Source: Bacteroidales bacterium
Lineage (GTDB): Bacteria > Bacteroidota > Bacteroidia > Bacteroidales > P3
NCBI GenBank assembly: GCA_017429685.1
Contig: JAFROL010000013.1
Coordinates: 31,994 to 95,993 of the forward strand
DNA length: 64,000 nt
Reading direction: 5' to 3'
Shown: positions 20,337-29,936 of the stretch, one piece after another
Position numbering within the stretch: position 1 is the stretch's first letter
Layout: each line of letters opens with the position of its first letter
The notes under the pieces: model-generated
Told to the model about the DNA's origin: nothing
What the model saw: the letters and a program-made list of their open reading frames with translations, nothing else
The model's database searches: none
Position numbers and translations under genes: made by a program

Positions 20337-20404
20337 CAAAATTACACAGTTTTTCTGATACCGCAAAATTAATTTTGCGGTATCGTTGAAAATGCGTATT
20401 TTTG
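20337..20404. promoter_or_regulatory. mirror-symmetric divergent promoter pair sharing a perfect 28-bp palindrome
   Basis: Plus strand: TTTG at 20374-20377, a 19-nt spacer, then TATTTTTG at 20397-20404. Minus strand: TTTG (plus-strand CAAA 20364-20367), a 19-nt spacer, then TAATTTTG (plus-strand CAAAATTA 20337-20344). The palindrome GATACCGCAAAATT|AATTTTGCGGTATC at 20357-20384 supplies both -33 elements. Confidence 0.55.
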
Positions 20405-20469
20405 CAGACGATTTAATCCAAGATAATTAACAGGTAATTAATGGCAATTAACGTTCAAAAGTAGAAATT

Positions 20470-21309
20470 ATGACAAAATATATCGGCGCACACGTGAGCG
20501 CATCGGGAGGCGTGGGCAACGCCATTTTGAATGCCGAAGCCATCGGGGCCAACGCTTTCGCACTGTTTACACGCAACCAGCGCAGCTGGGTTAGCAAGCC
20601 GCTGCCGCAACTGGAAATCGACGGCTTCAAGGCACTGCTGGCAGACCGCGGCTTCAGGCCCGAGATGGTGCTGCCGCACGACAGCTACCTTATCAACCTC
20701 GGCTCGCCCGACGAGGAGACGCTGCAAAAAAGCCGCGCAGCGTTCTTCGACGAAATGTACAGAGCCCAGCAGCTGGGCCTGACTATGCTTAACTTCCACC
20801 CTGGCAGCCACCTGAACCGCATCAGCGAAGAGGAATGTCTGGACCAGATAGCTCGCGAAATCAACTTGGCGCTGAGCAAGGCCGAAGGCGTCACGGCCGT
20901 AATAGAAAACACCGCCGGGCAGGGCACCAACCTGGGCTGGCGCTTCGAGCACATAGCACGCATCATCGAGGGCGTGGACGACAAGAGCCGCGTGGGCGTC
21001 TGTATCGACACCTGCCACACGCTGGCGGCAGGCTATGATCTTACTACCGAGATGGGCTACCAGTTCACGATGGATGAGTTCGAACGCATCGTCGGGTTCA
21101 AGTATCTCCGTGCTATGCACCTCAACGACAGCAAGAAAGGCACCGGCAGCCACGTGGACCGCCACGAGGTGCTAGGCGAGGGCGCTATGGGCAAAGAGTT
21201 CTTCTCGCGCCTGATGCACGACCCGCGCTTCGACGATATGCCCATCATCCTCGAGACCCCCGACCCGATGCGCTGGGCCGACGAGATAAAATGGCTCCGT
21301 AGCCTATGA
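20470..21309 (+). CDS. nfo: deoxyribonuclease IV (endonuclease IV)
   Basis: 279 aa beginning [14 protein letters not shown], with [15 protein letters not shown] and HLNDSK, which are Nfo TIM-barrel metal-site motifs. Confidence 0.9.
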   Translation: MTKYIGAHVSASGGVGNAILNAEAIGANAFALFTRNQRSWVSKPLPQLEIDGFKALLADRGFRPEMVLPHDSYLINLGSPDEETLQKSRAAFFDEMYRAQQLGLTMLNFHPGSHLNRISEEECLDQIAREINLALSKAEGVTAVIENTAGQGTNLGWRFEHIARIIEGVDDKSRVGVCIDTCHTLAAGYDLTTEMGYQFTMDEFERIVGFKYLRAMHLNDSKKGTGSHVDRHEVLGEGAMGKEFFSRLMHDPRFDDMPIILETPDPMRWADEIKWLRSL

Positions 21310-21929
21310 AGACCCGCCACATACTTTTGGCAGCCACACTGTTGCTTGCCGCCTGCGGTTCACGGCACGAGGCATCTAACCTCGACACCACACTAGCGCT
21401 GACGGAAGACAGTATACCGCTTGATATATGCTCCGACTGGCGTATGCGCAACATTATGGCCGTATGGGTAGACTCCACCGGCGCTCTCAGCCTAAACCAC
21501 GATATCTTCAACGATCCACTGCCACCTCCGCCACCGGGAGAGGAATATGAATACGTTGACGACCGCGTGCCCACCGACCTCGGCCAGCTGCGCGAGCAGG
21601 TGAAACGTTTCCTTACCAACCGCGACGACGACAACGACCTGCCACAGAAGCGCATAGAGGACATTCCCCTGTTGGGCGAGCGTCCCGTCAGTATAGGTCT
21701 TGTGGTACTGCACACCTTGGAAAGCGCCCCCGAGGCAACCGTCGACAGCGTGCGCCACGAGATTGCCGCCGCCATCATCGAGCTGCGCGACTCCCTGGCG
21801 CTGCAACTCTTCGACCTCCACTACGGCGAACTTCCATCAGACAAGGCCACCGCCATACGTGCCGCCATACCGACATCGGTATACTATTCCAACATCAACC
21901 GATTCTACAAAATTGCCAGCGATGACTAA
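21306..21929 (+). CDS. hypothetical lipoprotein
   Basis: 207 aa with the lipobox LLLAAC. Its ATG overlaps the nfo stop (ATGA). Confidence 0.55.
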   Translation: MKTRHILLAATLLLAACGSRHEASNLDTTLALTEDSIPLDICSDWRMRNIMAVWVDSTGALSLNHDIFNDPLPPPPPGEEYEYVDDRVPTDLGQLREQVKRFLTNRDDDNDLPQKRIEDIPLLGERPVSIGLVVLHTLESAPEATVDSVRHEIAAAIIELRDSLALQLFDLHYGELPSDKATAIRAAIPTSVYYSNINRFYKIASDD

Positions 21930-21985
21930 CGAAGCCACCATAATTGAAATATAGAACCATCCAACAGTCAAACAATCACTTCCCT

Positions 21986-22495
21986 ATGGAAAAAACGCTC
22001 GCCGTCAACTGTCCCCAAAGACACCCCATCTGGGAGCACATTCTCGACAATGTGCCTCTTCTCATTATGTCGATTATCAACATTATGATAGTATATGCCA
22101 CTGTTAAAGTGGCAACACAAGAAAACACTGACCCATCCACATTGGCTATATGTTTGGCGACTCTCATCTTTTGCGCCTATATGTTCCTCTTCGCATTGGA
22201 CAACAACATTCGACTATTCCTCTCGCAAGAAACAATTAAAATACAAGACGATATCCTTGTCATAGAATGCACACACAGCTTTATGCGACGATACAAAAGC
22301 ATACCCCTCTCCTCCATACGCCAAGTGGAACACTACGATGGCAGCAGAGGCAGTAGCCTTACAGTGCCAGACACACTACGCATTCGATACGGGCGACACG
22401 GCCGATATCGGTTCGCCATCAATATGTCGTATGACGACAGCAGTCGTTTGGCAAAAGAAATAATGAGTCACGTCAGCAAACAAAAAAAGCAATAA
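21986..22495 (+). CDS. hypothetical membrane protein
   Basis: ORF 21944..22495 begins with TTG. I prefer the ATG at 21986 (MEKTLAVN...). It has two hydrophobic segments. Confidence 0.45.
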   Translation: MEKTLAVNCPQRHPIWEHILDNVPLLIMSIINIMIVYATVKVATQENTDPSTLAICLATLIFCAYMFLFALDNNIRLFLSQETIKIQDDILVIECTHSFMRRYKSIPLSSIRQVEHYDGSRGSSLTVPDTLRIRYGRHGRYRFAINMSYDDSSRLAKEIMSHVSKQKKQ

Positions 22496-22515
22496 ACCAG
22501 CACATTACACAGCTT

Positions 22516-23355
22516 ATGAAATACTATATCGTTGATGCCTTTACCGAAAAGCCTTTTGGAGGCAATACGGCTGGAGTCGTTTTGCTGGAAGGCAACGTTT
22601 TTCCAGACAACGAACTGATGCAATGCATCGCTGCCGAGCTGCGCTATTCCGAGACCGCCTTTGTCCGCAGCGACGGCAACGCGCACTACACCGTTCGCTA
22701 TTTCACGCCCAAGGGCGAAGTGGAGCTGTGCGGCCACGCCACGGTGGCCACTTTCGCGCTGCTGCACCAACTGGGGGAAACATCAGGCAAATGCCTGTGC
22801 CGCACACTGGCAGGCGAACTTGAAGTCGAGACCGCACAGGAAGTGATGATGCAGATGGCCACGCCACGCATCGTCGGCACCCTATCATCGTCCGAGGCCG
22901 AAGAAGCATACCGCGCCGTGGGCCTGAAAGACTACCGCCCCACCCTGCCGGTACAAATCTCATATTCAGGTCTGTCGGACGTGATGTTGCCGATGCCATC
23001 GGTCGAAACGCTCAACGCCCTGCAACCCGATATGGGAGCAATAGCAGCGTTCACACAAAAGCTTGACATAGTGAGCATTCACCCCTTTGCTTTCGGCAAC
23101 GACGGCCACACGGCCCACGTGCGCGACTTCGCCCCGGCATACGGAGTGCCCGAGGAAAGCGCCACCGGCACAGCCAACGCCGCCCTGACCCACTACCTCG
23201 CCAAGAACGGCATCATCGGCCCCGGCAGCCACAGTTTCCTGCAGGGCGAGACGATGGGGCGCCCGTCCATTGTAAAGACACGCCTCGAGCCCGACGGCAC
23301 AATCCGCGTCGGCGGACCTGCCGCCATCGTCGCCGAAGGATGGCTTAAGGTGTAA
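22516..23355 (+). CDS. PhzF family isomerase
   Basis: 279 aa beginning MKYYIVDAFTEKPFGGNTAGVV, with ETAF and CGHAT, the PhzF/DAP-epimerase-like pattern. Confidence 0.8.
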   Translation: MKYYIVDAFTEKPFGGNTAGVVLLEGNVFPDNELMQCIAAELRYSETAFVRSDGNAHYTVRYFTPKGEVELCGHATVATFALLHQLGETSGKCLCRTLAGELEVETAQEVMMQMATPRIVGTLSSSEAEEAYRAVGLKDYRPTLPVQISYSGLSDVMLPMPSVETLNALQPDMGAIAAFTQKLDIVSIHPFAFGNDGHTAHVRDFAPAYGVPEESATGTANAALTHYLAKNGIIGPGSHSFLQGETMGRPSIVKTRLEPDGTIRVGGPAAIVAEGWLKV

Positions 23356-23419
23356 ATAAAGATGAAACATTATACAATATTTGTCGCGACAAGACGTTAA
23401 ACACAAAAATCAGACTGCA

Positions 23420-24070
23420 ATGAAAAGACTAATCACCTCGCTGCTTCTAATGGCATTCGTGCTGCCCGTCACCGCCCAAATAACCCACACGTCACAAGGA
23501 ACGGTGGACAAAAACGCCGACGAGATTCTGAAAAAAGCATCGAAGAAAATCGATGCCGCCAGCGGCGTAAAATTCACGGTGACAATGATTAACCGCGACG
23601 CCAACAAGAAACAGACCGCCAAGATGGCCGCCGACGTACTGTACCAGCAAGGCAAATACCGCGTCACATTCGGCGAAAACACCATCTACTGCGACGGCAC
23701 AGCAACGTGGCACTGGAACAAAGAGGCCAAAGAGGTCGTTGTCAACAAGATGAGCAATGCCGAAGACGACCTGATGAACCCAGGAGCACTTTTGGCCAAC
23801 TACAGTAAGAATTTCAAAGCCAAATTCATACGCAAAGAGGCAAACGGCGATGCCGTCATCGACCTGACACCCAAAAAAGCACGCAGTTACTACAAAATAC
23901 GTTTCATCATAAGCAGCAACAGCGTCGTACGCAGGATGGAGATGCACAACTACGACTCGACCTCGGGCGAATACGAAGTCAGCAAATTCGCCACAGCAAA
24001 GGCCATAGCCGCCGACTTCACTTTTCCACAGAAAGAGCATCCCGACGTCGACGTCATTGATATGCGATAA
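23420..24070 (+). CDS. LolA-like outer membrane lipoprotein carrier family protein
   Basis: Trimmed to MKRLITSLLLMAFVLPVTAQ. Length and pattern (GKYRVTFGENTIYCDGTATWHWNKEAKEVVV...NPGALL) are LolA-like. Confidence 0.6.
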   Translation: MKRLITSLLLMAFVLPVTAQITHTSQGTVDKNADEILKKASKKIDAASGVKFTVTMINRDANKKQTAKMAADVLYQQGKYRVTFGENTIYCDGTATWHWNKEAKEVVVNKMSNAEDDLMNPGALLANYSKNFKAKFIRKEANGDAVIDLTPKKARSYYKIRFIISSNSVVRRMEMHNYDSTSGEYEVSKFATAKAIAADFTFPQKEHPDVDVIDMR

Positions 24071-24079
24071 ATCACTGAT

Positions 24080-24778
24080 ATGACTATACTTCTACTCGAA
24101 ACAGCCACACAAGTGTGCTCGATAGCACTGGCAAAGAATGGCAAAATCGTCGCCGAGAAACACAGCGACGAGCCAAACGCCCATTCGTCGAAATTAGCAG
24201 TTTTCATCGACAATATTTTCAAAGAAAGCGGCATAAGTCCCGACCGGCTCGACGCCGTGTGCGTCTCGTCGGGTCCCGGCTCGTACACCGGCCTCCGCAT
24301 CGGCGTAAGCAGTGCCAAAGGCCTATGCTACGCCCTCGGAAAACCACTGCTCGCCGTGCCGACATTGCAGAATATGGCAGACCTTTACTTTGCGCAACAT
24401 CCAGAATACAACGGCTTTGTCTGTCCGATGATCGACGCAAGGCGTATGGAATGCTATACTGCCATCTTCAGCCGCAGCGGCATCGAGAAGGAAACCTCGG
24501 CCGACGTAATCGAGGCCGGCATCTACGACCGCTGGCTGGACAAAAGTCCCGTTGTCTTTATCGGCGACGGAGCGGAAAAGACCCGACCGCTGCTATCCTG
24601 CCACAGCAACGCCCTCTACGACAGCACCTTCGTCATATCGGCCACGGGGATGGCAGCCACCGCCGAAAACAAACTGAAAAACGGTCAAATCGAAGACACT
24701 GCCTATTTCGAGCCCTTCTACCTTAAAGACTTTGTGGCCAAGAAATCAGTAGTCCACGGGTTGAGAGCGGAAAACTGA
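24080..24778 (+). CDS. tsaB: tRNA threonylcarbamoyladenosine biosynthesis protein TsaB
   Basis: 232 aa beginning MTILLLETATQVCSIAL, with GPGSYTGLRIGVSSAKGL. Confidence 0.85.
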   Translation: MTILLLETATQVCSIALAKNGKIVAEKHSDEPNAHSSKLAVFIDNIFKESGISPDRLDAVCVSSGPGSYTGLRIGVSSAKGLCYALGKPLLAVPTLQNMADLYFAQHPEYNGFVCPMIDARRMECYTAIFSRSGIEKETSADVIEAGIYDRWLDKSPVVFIGDGAEKTRPLLSCHSNALYDSTFVISATGMAATAENKLKNGQIEDTAYFEPFYLKDFVAKKSVVHGLRAEN

Positions 24779-24825
24779 GAACGGAGATCGGAGAACTGAG
24801 AACCGAGAACTGAAAACGGAAAGCG
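24763..24825 (+). repeat. nine degenerate heptads (GAGAACG type) overlapping the tsaB stop
   Basis: The heptads are gagagcg gaaaact gagaacg gagatcg gagaact gagaacc gagaact gaaaacg gaaagcg. The tsaB stop TGA at 24776-24778 lies inside the array. Confidence 0.9.
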
Positions 24826-24863
24826 ATGACAGACAGACACTTTAAATAGAATTTGCTAACGGA

Positions 24864-25943
24864 ATGCTTCGCTACATTGGAAAACGGTTGATGTATGGAT
24901 TCCTCGTCATTCTGGGCGTGGTTACGCTGGTGTTTTTCCTTTTCAACATACTGCCTGGCGACCCGGCGCGAATGATGCTCGGCCAACGTGCCGATGCCGA
25001 AAGCATCGAAATCATCAAGCACGACCTCGGTATGGACAAGCCCATAGGGACGCAATACCTTGGCTACCTCAACGATCTGGCACCCATCTCGTTGCACAAC
25101 AACAGCGACAAAGACAGCTATTGGTTTCTCGACCCCGAAAAATATGCTCCCTGCACCACGCTGATTAAACTCGGCAGCACGTCGCTCGTGCTCAAGGCGC
25201 CCTATCTGCGCCGCTCGTACCAGACCAAACGCAAAGTCAACGAAGTCATTGCAACGGCTTTTCCGCAGACTGCCGTGCTTGCACTGACGGCGATGGCTTT
25301 CGCCCTGATTGTCGGCATACTGCTCGGCATCTTTTCGGCGCTGCACAAAGGCAGCTGGATCGACCGCCTGACGCTGCTGCTGTCCACGATGGGTATGTCG
25401 CTTCCATCCTTCTTTGCCGCCATACTGATAGCCTGGTTTTTCGCCTACGTCCTTGCCGACTGGACCCACCTCAATATGTTCGGCAACCTGTATGAAGTCG
25501 ACGACTACGGCTGCGGCGAGCACATCAGCCTGCGCAACCTCATCCTGCCGGCCCTGACGCTGGGCATCCGCCCCTTGGCCGTCCTTGTCGAACTGACCAA
25601 AAGCTCGATGCTCGAGGCCCTGTCGCAGGACTATATCCGCACTGCCCGCGCCAAGGGAATGAGCCGCAGTCGCCTGATATTCAAACACGCACTGCGCAAT
25701 GCTATGAACCCCATCGTCACCTCGGCCTCAGGCTGGCTGGCCGGATTGCTGGCCGGCGCCGTCTTTGTCGAATACGTCTTCGACTGGAAAGGGATGGGCG
25801 TTGTCATCGTCGACGGCCTGGAGAAGTACGACTTCCCTGTCGTTATGGGAGCCATCCTCTTCATCTGCATACTGTTAGTACTGATCAACATCATTGTCGA
25901 CATACTCTACGGTCTCCTCGACCCACGAGTGCGTCTGAACTGA
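24864..25943 (+). CDS. ABC transporter permease (Dpp/Opp-type inner membrane component)
   Basis: 359 aa with the N-terminus MLRYIGKRLMYGFLVILGVVTLVFFLFNILPGDP, typical of DppB/OppB-like permeases. Confidence 0.8.
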   Translation: MLRYIGKRLMYGFLVILGVVTLVFFLFNILPGDPARMMLGQRADAESIEIIKHDLGMDKPIGTQYLGYLNDLAPISLHNNSDKDSYWFLDPEKYAPCTTLIKLGSTSLVLKAPYLRRSYQTKRKVNEVIATAFPQTAVLALTAMAFALIVGILLGIFSALHKGSWIDRLTLLLSTMGMSLPSFFAAILIAWFFAYVLADWTHLNMFGNLYEVDDYGCGEHISLRNLILPALTLGIRPLAVLVELTKSSMLEALSQDYIRTARAKGMSRSRLIFKHALRNAMNPIVTSASGWLAGLLAGAVFVEYVFDWKGMGVVIVDGLEKYDFPVVMGAILFICILLVLINIIVDILYGLLDPRVRLN

Positions 25944-25986
25944 CTCTAATCCATCATATTTCACCAACAAGCAAAGCACACCGAAA

Positions 25987-27807
25987 ATGTCCGACACGTC
26001 AAAAATGGGAGTCGGCGGCCTACTCAAGAAGCTGGTTCCCTACGTACTCCCCTACCGTTGGCTGCTCATCTCCGCGCTGATACTCACCGCCTTGGGAGCA
26101 TCGATGGCACAGGTCAACGCCATTGTGCTCGACCGCACCGTCGACTCTATCAACGACCTGCTGCACCAGCCCATCTTCGAATGGGGCAAGGCGGCACGCC
26201 TGCTCATCATCGTCAGCAGCATCCTGCTGGGCAAAGAGATCCTTGCCGCCGTCATCACTTTCGGGCAGCGCATCTTCGGCGAAAAAATCCGCATCAATGT
26301 CAGCCGCGACCTGTCGCTCAAGGTGATAGACCGCATCCTCACCTTCAGGATGGCCTTCTTCAGCGCCGCCGGCAACGAGCCCGGCAAGCTGCAGACCCGC
26401 ATCGACCGCGGCATTATGAGCCTGAGCAACACCGTCAAGAACTTCTTCATCGACATACTGCCGCTCTTCACCAGCGCCATAATGGCCCTGGTTCTGATTT
26501 TTGCCGCCAACGTCTACGTGGGCCTTGTGGCGCTGGCCATCATACCCGTCTATTTCATCATCACCGCCCGTCAAGGAGTGCGGATGAAAGGGTGGCGCCG
26601 CAACGTTTTCGGCACACATCAGGCTCTGAACCACGGCATTATGAACATACTTGAAAGTATGGGCGTCATCAAGTCCTTCAACCGCGAGAGCGTGGAAGCC
26701 GCACGCCAAGCTGCGCTGCAGGAGCAGTCGACGCAGCAGCAGATGCAGACACGTCGCATCTCATTCCTGTTCGAGGGACTGAAAAGCTTTGTCGAGCAAA
26801 TAGGCACCGTGCTGATAATCATACTTACAGCCTACCTTGTCCTGACCGACTACCCCGGGATGAGCATCGGCAAGATAATGTACCACGTGATGCTCTTCAA
26901 CAACGTCAGTGCCCCCATCCGCCAGCTGCACCGCATCTACGACGACCTGAACGACGCGCTGATTTATGCCGAGGGCTTCTTTGGCATCCTCGAAGCCGAC
27001 GAAGAGGTCGAGGAAAGCGGCAAATACAAGCCCGCCAAGGTGGAAGGCAACTTCGCGTTGCGCAATGTGGAGTTCACCTACCCCAACGGCACCCACGCCA
27101 TACGCAACCTGACGATGGACATCCGTGCCGGCGAAACGACGGCCCTTGTTGGGCTGAGCGGTGCCGGAAAGACAACGATTGTCAACCTGCTGGACAAATT
27201 CTATTCGCCCGACAGCGGCACTATCACCCTCGACGGGGTGCCGCTCAACGAATGGGACACACAGACGCTGCGCGACAACATCGGCCTTGTGCTGCAGAAA
27301 AACCACATTTTCAGCGGCACCGTCGAGGAGAACATACGCTACGGCAAACCGTCGGCCACGCGCCAGGAGATTGAGGAGGCGGCACGCAAGGCGTACATCT
27401 ACGACCAGATAGCCGCAATGCCCGACGGCTTCGGCTCACAGGCCCTTCTGCTGAGCGGCGGACAGCAGCAACGCATCGCCATAGCGCGAATGTTCCTGAA
27501 GAATCCGCCTATCATATTCCTCGACGAGCCCACCGCCAGCCTCGACGCCATTGCCACCGAGCAGATCAAGTCGAGCATCGACGCCATCAAGCAGGGGCGC
27601 ACAGTGATTGTAATATCCCACAACATAGGACAGATCATCGATTCCGAGCAGCTCTATGTCCTCGACCACGGCACTGCCGTACAAAGCGGCTCGCCGTCGG
27701 AGGTCTACAAGCAAGGAGGTCTGTACAAGGAGATTTTCGACGCCAGTGCCCGCAGTATGAACGTCGACAAAATTGCCGACACGATGGAAGTGAGAACTGA
27801 GAACTGA
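25987..27807 (+). CDS. ABC transporter ATP-binding protein/permease (MsbA-like exporter)
   Basis: 606 aa with a six-TM N-terminal half, Walker A GLSGAGKTT, signature LSGGQQQR and Walker B IIFLDEPT. Confidence 0.9.
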   Translation: MSDTSKMGVGGLLKKLVPYVLPYRWLLISALILTALGASMAQVNAIVLDRTVDSINDLLHQPIFEWGKAARLLIIVSSILLGKEILAAVITFGQRIFGEKIRINVSRDLSLKVIDRILTFRMAFFSAAGNEPGKLQTRIDRGIMSLSNTVKNFFIDILPLFTSAIMALVLIFAANVYVGLVALAIIPVYFIITARQGVRMKGWRRNVFGTHQALNHGIMNILESMGVIKSFNRESVEAARQAALQEQSTQQQMQTRRISFLFEGLKSFVEQIGTVLIIILTAYLVLTDYPGMSIGKIMYHVMLFNNVSAPIRQLHRIYDDLNDALIYAEGFFGILEADEEVEESGKYKPAKVEGNFALRNVEFTYPNGTHAIRNLTMDIRAGETTALVGLSGAGKTTIVNLLDKFYSPDSGTITLDGVPLNEWDTQTLRDNIGLVLQKNHIFSGTVEENIRYGKPSATRQEIEEAARKAYIYDQIAAMPDGFGSQALLLSGGQQQRIAIARMFLKNPPIIFLDEPTASLDAIATEQIKSSIDAIKQGRTVIVISHNIGQIIDSEQLYVLDHGTAVQSGSPSEVYKQGGLYKEIFDASARSMNVDKIADTMEVRTEN

Positions 27808-27873
27808 AAACGGAAAACGGAGAACTGGCTGCCGCATTATGGCTTTCAGTTCTCCGTTTTCAGTTTTGAGTTC
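27801..27873. terminator. heptad-built hairpin between convergent genes
   Basis: There is a perfect 15-bp core (27813-27827 with 27847-27861). It extends to about 27 bp with 2 mismatches, and the loop is 19 nt. The arms are GAGAACT/GAAAACG heptads. The left arm overlaps the last 7 nt of the ABC gene. Confidence 0.65.
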
Positions 27874-27881
27874 TCCGTTTG

Positions 27882-28445
27882 TTAAAGTCCGAGTTTTTTC
27901 ATCATACCCGGTTTGATTTCAGTCTGGAAGATTTGCTGATATTCATCGAATGTATAGCGTTGGCTGTCGCCCGAACAGATGAACCACAGCTGCATAGCGA
28001 AATCGTAGGCGCCCTGATAGCCCTGCAGGATTTGCGTCAGTCCGCGTTCCCTGTTGAAGATGGCGAACGAGGGGAAGCCAATCTTCTGTCCGAGTATGGC
28101 GCGCGAAAAGGGGTGAATCTGAGCTTTCTGACCTGGAGTTTGCGTGTTGCTGTACTTGACGTCGTTCCAGGTGAAGGAGGCAGAGCCTTCGGCATCGAAC
28201 TTGACGGGGATATAGTACTTGTTGAGGATGGCAGCCACGACGGGGTCGCTGAACGTGTCGCGGTCCATTTTTTTGCACCATCCGCACCACGAGGTGGAGA
28301 AGTCGACGAAAAACAGTTTCTTGTTCGTTTTGACATCGACCTGCGATGCCTGTTCGATGGATTGCCATCTGACCTGGCTCTGGGCTGGGGCGGCGAACAA
28401 AGCTGAAAGCAAAATAATGAATAAAAGTTTTTTCATTTCGTTCAA
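27882..28445 (-). CDS. secreted thioredoxin-fold protein (CxxC)
   Basis: 187 aa with a signal peptide and the active-site context FSTSWCGWCKKM. Confidence 0.8.
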   Translation of the reverse strand: MNEMKKLLFIILLSALFAAPAQSQVRWQSIEQASQVDVKTNKKLFFVDFSTSWCGWCKKMDRDTFSDPVVAAILNKYYIPVKFDAEGSASFTWNDVKYSNTQTPGQKAQIHPFSRAILGQKIGFPSFAIFNRERGLTQILQGYQGAYDFAMQLWFICSGDSQRYTFDEYQQIFQTEIKPGMMKKLGL

Positions 28446-28589
28446 TATTATTTCAAAACTGGAATAACTGCAAAACGGGGAAATTATTTTACAGGAAATT
28501 ATTAAATAAACTTAAAAAACGCGAAATCGTTTTCGGGTACACAGCGGAATAGGGGTGCGCACAGTCCTGGCTGCGCCGTATTTTTGCCT

Positions 28590-28664
28590 ATCGTTCGAAG
28601 GCAGTTCTTATATCGTTCTTATATCCGCAATATAAGAACGATATAAGAACTGCATTCGAACGAT
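28590..28664. repeat. 35-bp-stem palindrome with 11-nt units (GTTCTTATATC)
   Basis: The arms are (TA)TCGTTCGAAGGCAGTTCTTATATCGTTCTTATAT and their inverted copy, separated by the loop ccgca. There is one mismatch and no flanking U-tract. Confidence 0.9.
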
Positions 28665-28697
28665 GTGCGAAAAGGGCCATCGGGTGCGAGGTTGGTG

Positions 28698-29936
28698 CTA
28701 CCTGGAAAGTTGGCTGGCCAGGTTCTTGGACTGCTTGATGTTGTCTTCGATAGAGCAGTAGATCCAGCTGCCGTAGCGTCCGATGGAGAAGACGTCGGAA
28801 TTGCCCAGCTGTTCCATTTTGCGGGCGCGGTCCTGTTCCATCTGCTTGGTGATGTGGACGTAGGCGGGATTCATCAGCAGGGTGTTGTGTGAGACGACGC
28901 GGTGTTGTGGAGTGGTGATTCCGGCGAGCTGCATATCGTGCAGTGTCCGTTGGAAGGCGTATTCGTAGTCGATGGGCTGGTCTTCCTTGTAGCCTATTTC
29001 GACGTAGACGGAGAGTCGGTCTTTCTGGAAGATGTTATCGTAGAAGCCGACGCGATAGAAGATGTATTTGCTTTCGGGATAGTAGATCCAGTTGTTGTTG
29101 ACTTCGAGTCCTTTGCGGTCGAAGCCGATATTGAATACGAGCACTTTGTTGCAGGTGTAGAGCGACTTGTCGAAGGGTGTGGCGGTGAGCGTCAGCAGTG
29201 CTGGGAACGGCATTGTGGAGATGAGGTTGTCGTAGTGGATCTGGCGCTTGTTGGTTGTTGCGACGTGTGCCTGCAGGTCGATGTGGGTGATGTATTCGCG
29301 CAAGCAGACTTTGGACATATCGACGTGCCTGCAGAGGGAATGGACGTACTCCATAGCGCCGCCTTTGGGATAGAGGAAGGTGGCGTTGTATGAGGTTGCG
29401 GGGTTGGTCTTGAAGTTGGCGATGATGTCCTCCTTGTCGGCGAAGGGGAAGAATCGTCCCATAGCGTCGACGTCGAGTGTGTCGAGGTCGCAGGCGTAGA
29501 GTTTCTGGTTGTAGGGGATGAGGAATTTTTCGGCGATGGACTTGCCGAACTTGGCGTAGAGCATCTGCTTGAATGTGGAGTAGTCCTTGACGGGATTTTG
29601 GAAGAGGTCGTAGAGGCAGTCGATGAACTCTTGCTGTGGGAGCTGATGGATGTTTTTCTGGAAGGGGTAGTCGACGAGGCGGTCCTTGTACTTGATTTGA
29701 GTGCGCTTGGTGACGGTGAGGACGTCGTCGGCATTGATTCCGCTGAAGATGAGGTTTTTGATTGCCTGATCCTGGAAATGGAAGAAGTGGCCGGAATAGT
29801 CCCATACGAAACCGTCCTGCTTGATTGTCCTGCAATAGCCACCCACCTGGTCGTCTTTTTCGATGACGATGTAGTCGTTGTTTGTGTAGGCGGCATAGGA
29901 AAGGCCTGTGATGCCTGCTCCGATAATTAGATCCAT
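28698..29936 (-). CDS. FAD/NAD(P)-binding oxidoreductase (amine-oxidase / UDP-galactopyranose-mutase-like fold)
   Basis: 412 aa with the N-terminal dinucleotide motif MDLIIGAGITGLSYA...EKDDQVGG. Confidence 0.65.
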   Translation of the reverse strand: MDLIIGAGITGLSYAAYTNNDYIVIEKDDQVGGYCRTIKQDGFVWDYSGHFFHFQDQAIKNLIFSGINADDVLTVTKRTQIKYKDRLVDYPFQKNIHQLPQQEFIDCLYDLFQNPVKDYSTFKQMLYAKFGKSIAEKFLIPYNQKLYACDLDTLDVDAMGRFFPFADKEDIIANFKTNPATSYNATFLYPKGGAMEYVHSLCRHVDMSKVCLREYITHIDLQAHVATTNKRQIHYDNLISTMPFPALLTLTATPFDKSLYTCNKVLVFNIGFDRKGLEVNNNWIYYPESKYIFYRVGFYDNIFQKDRLSVYVEIGYKEDQPIDYEYAFQRTLHDMQLAGITTPQHRVVSHNTLLMNPAYVHITKQMEQDRARKMEQLGNSDVFSIGRYGSWIYCSIEDNIKQSKNLASQLSR

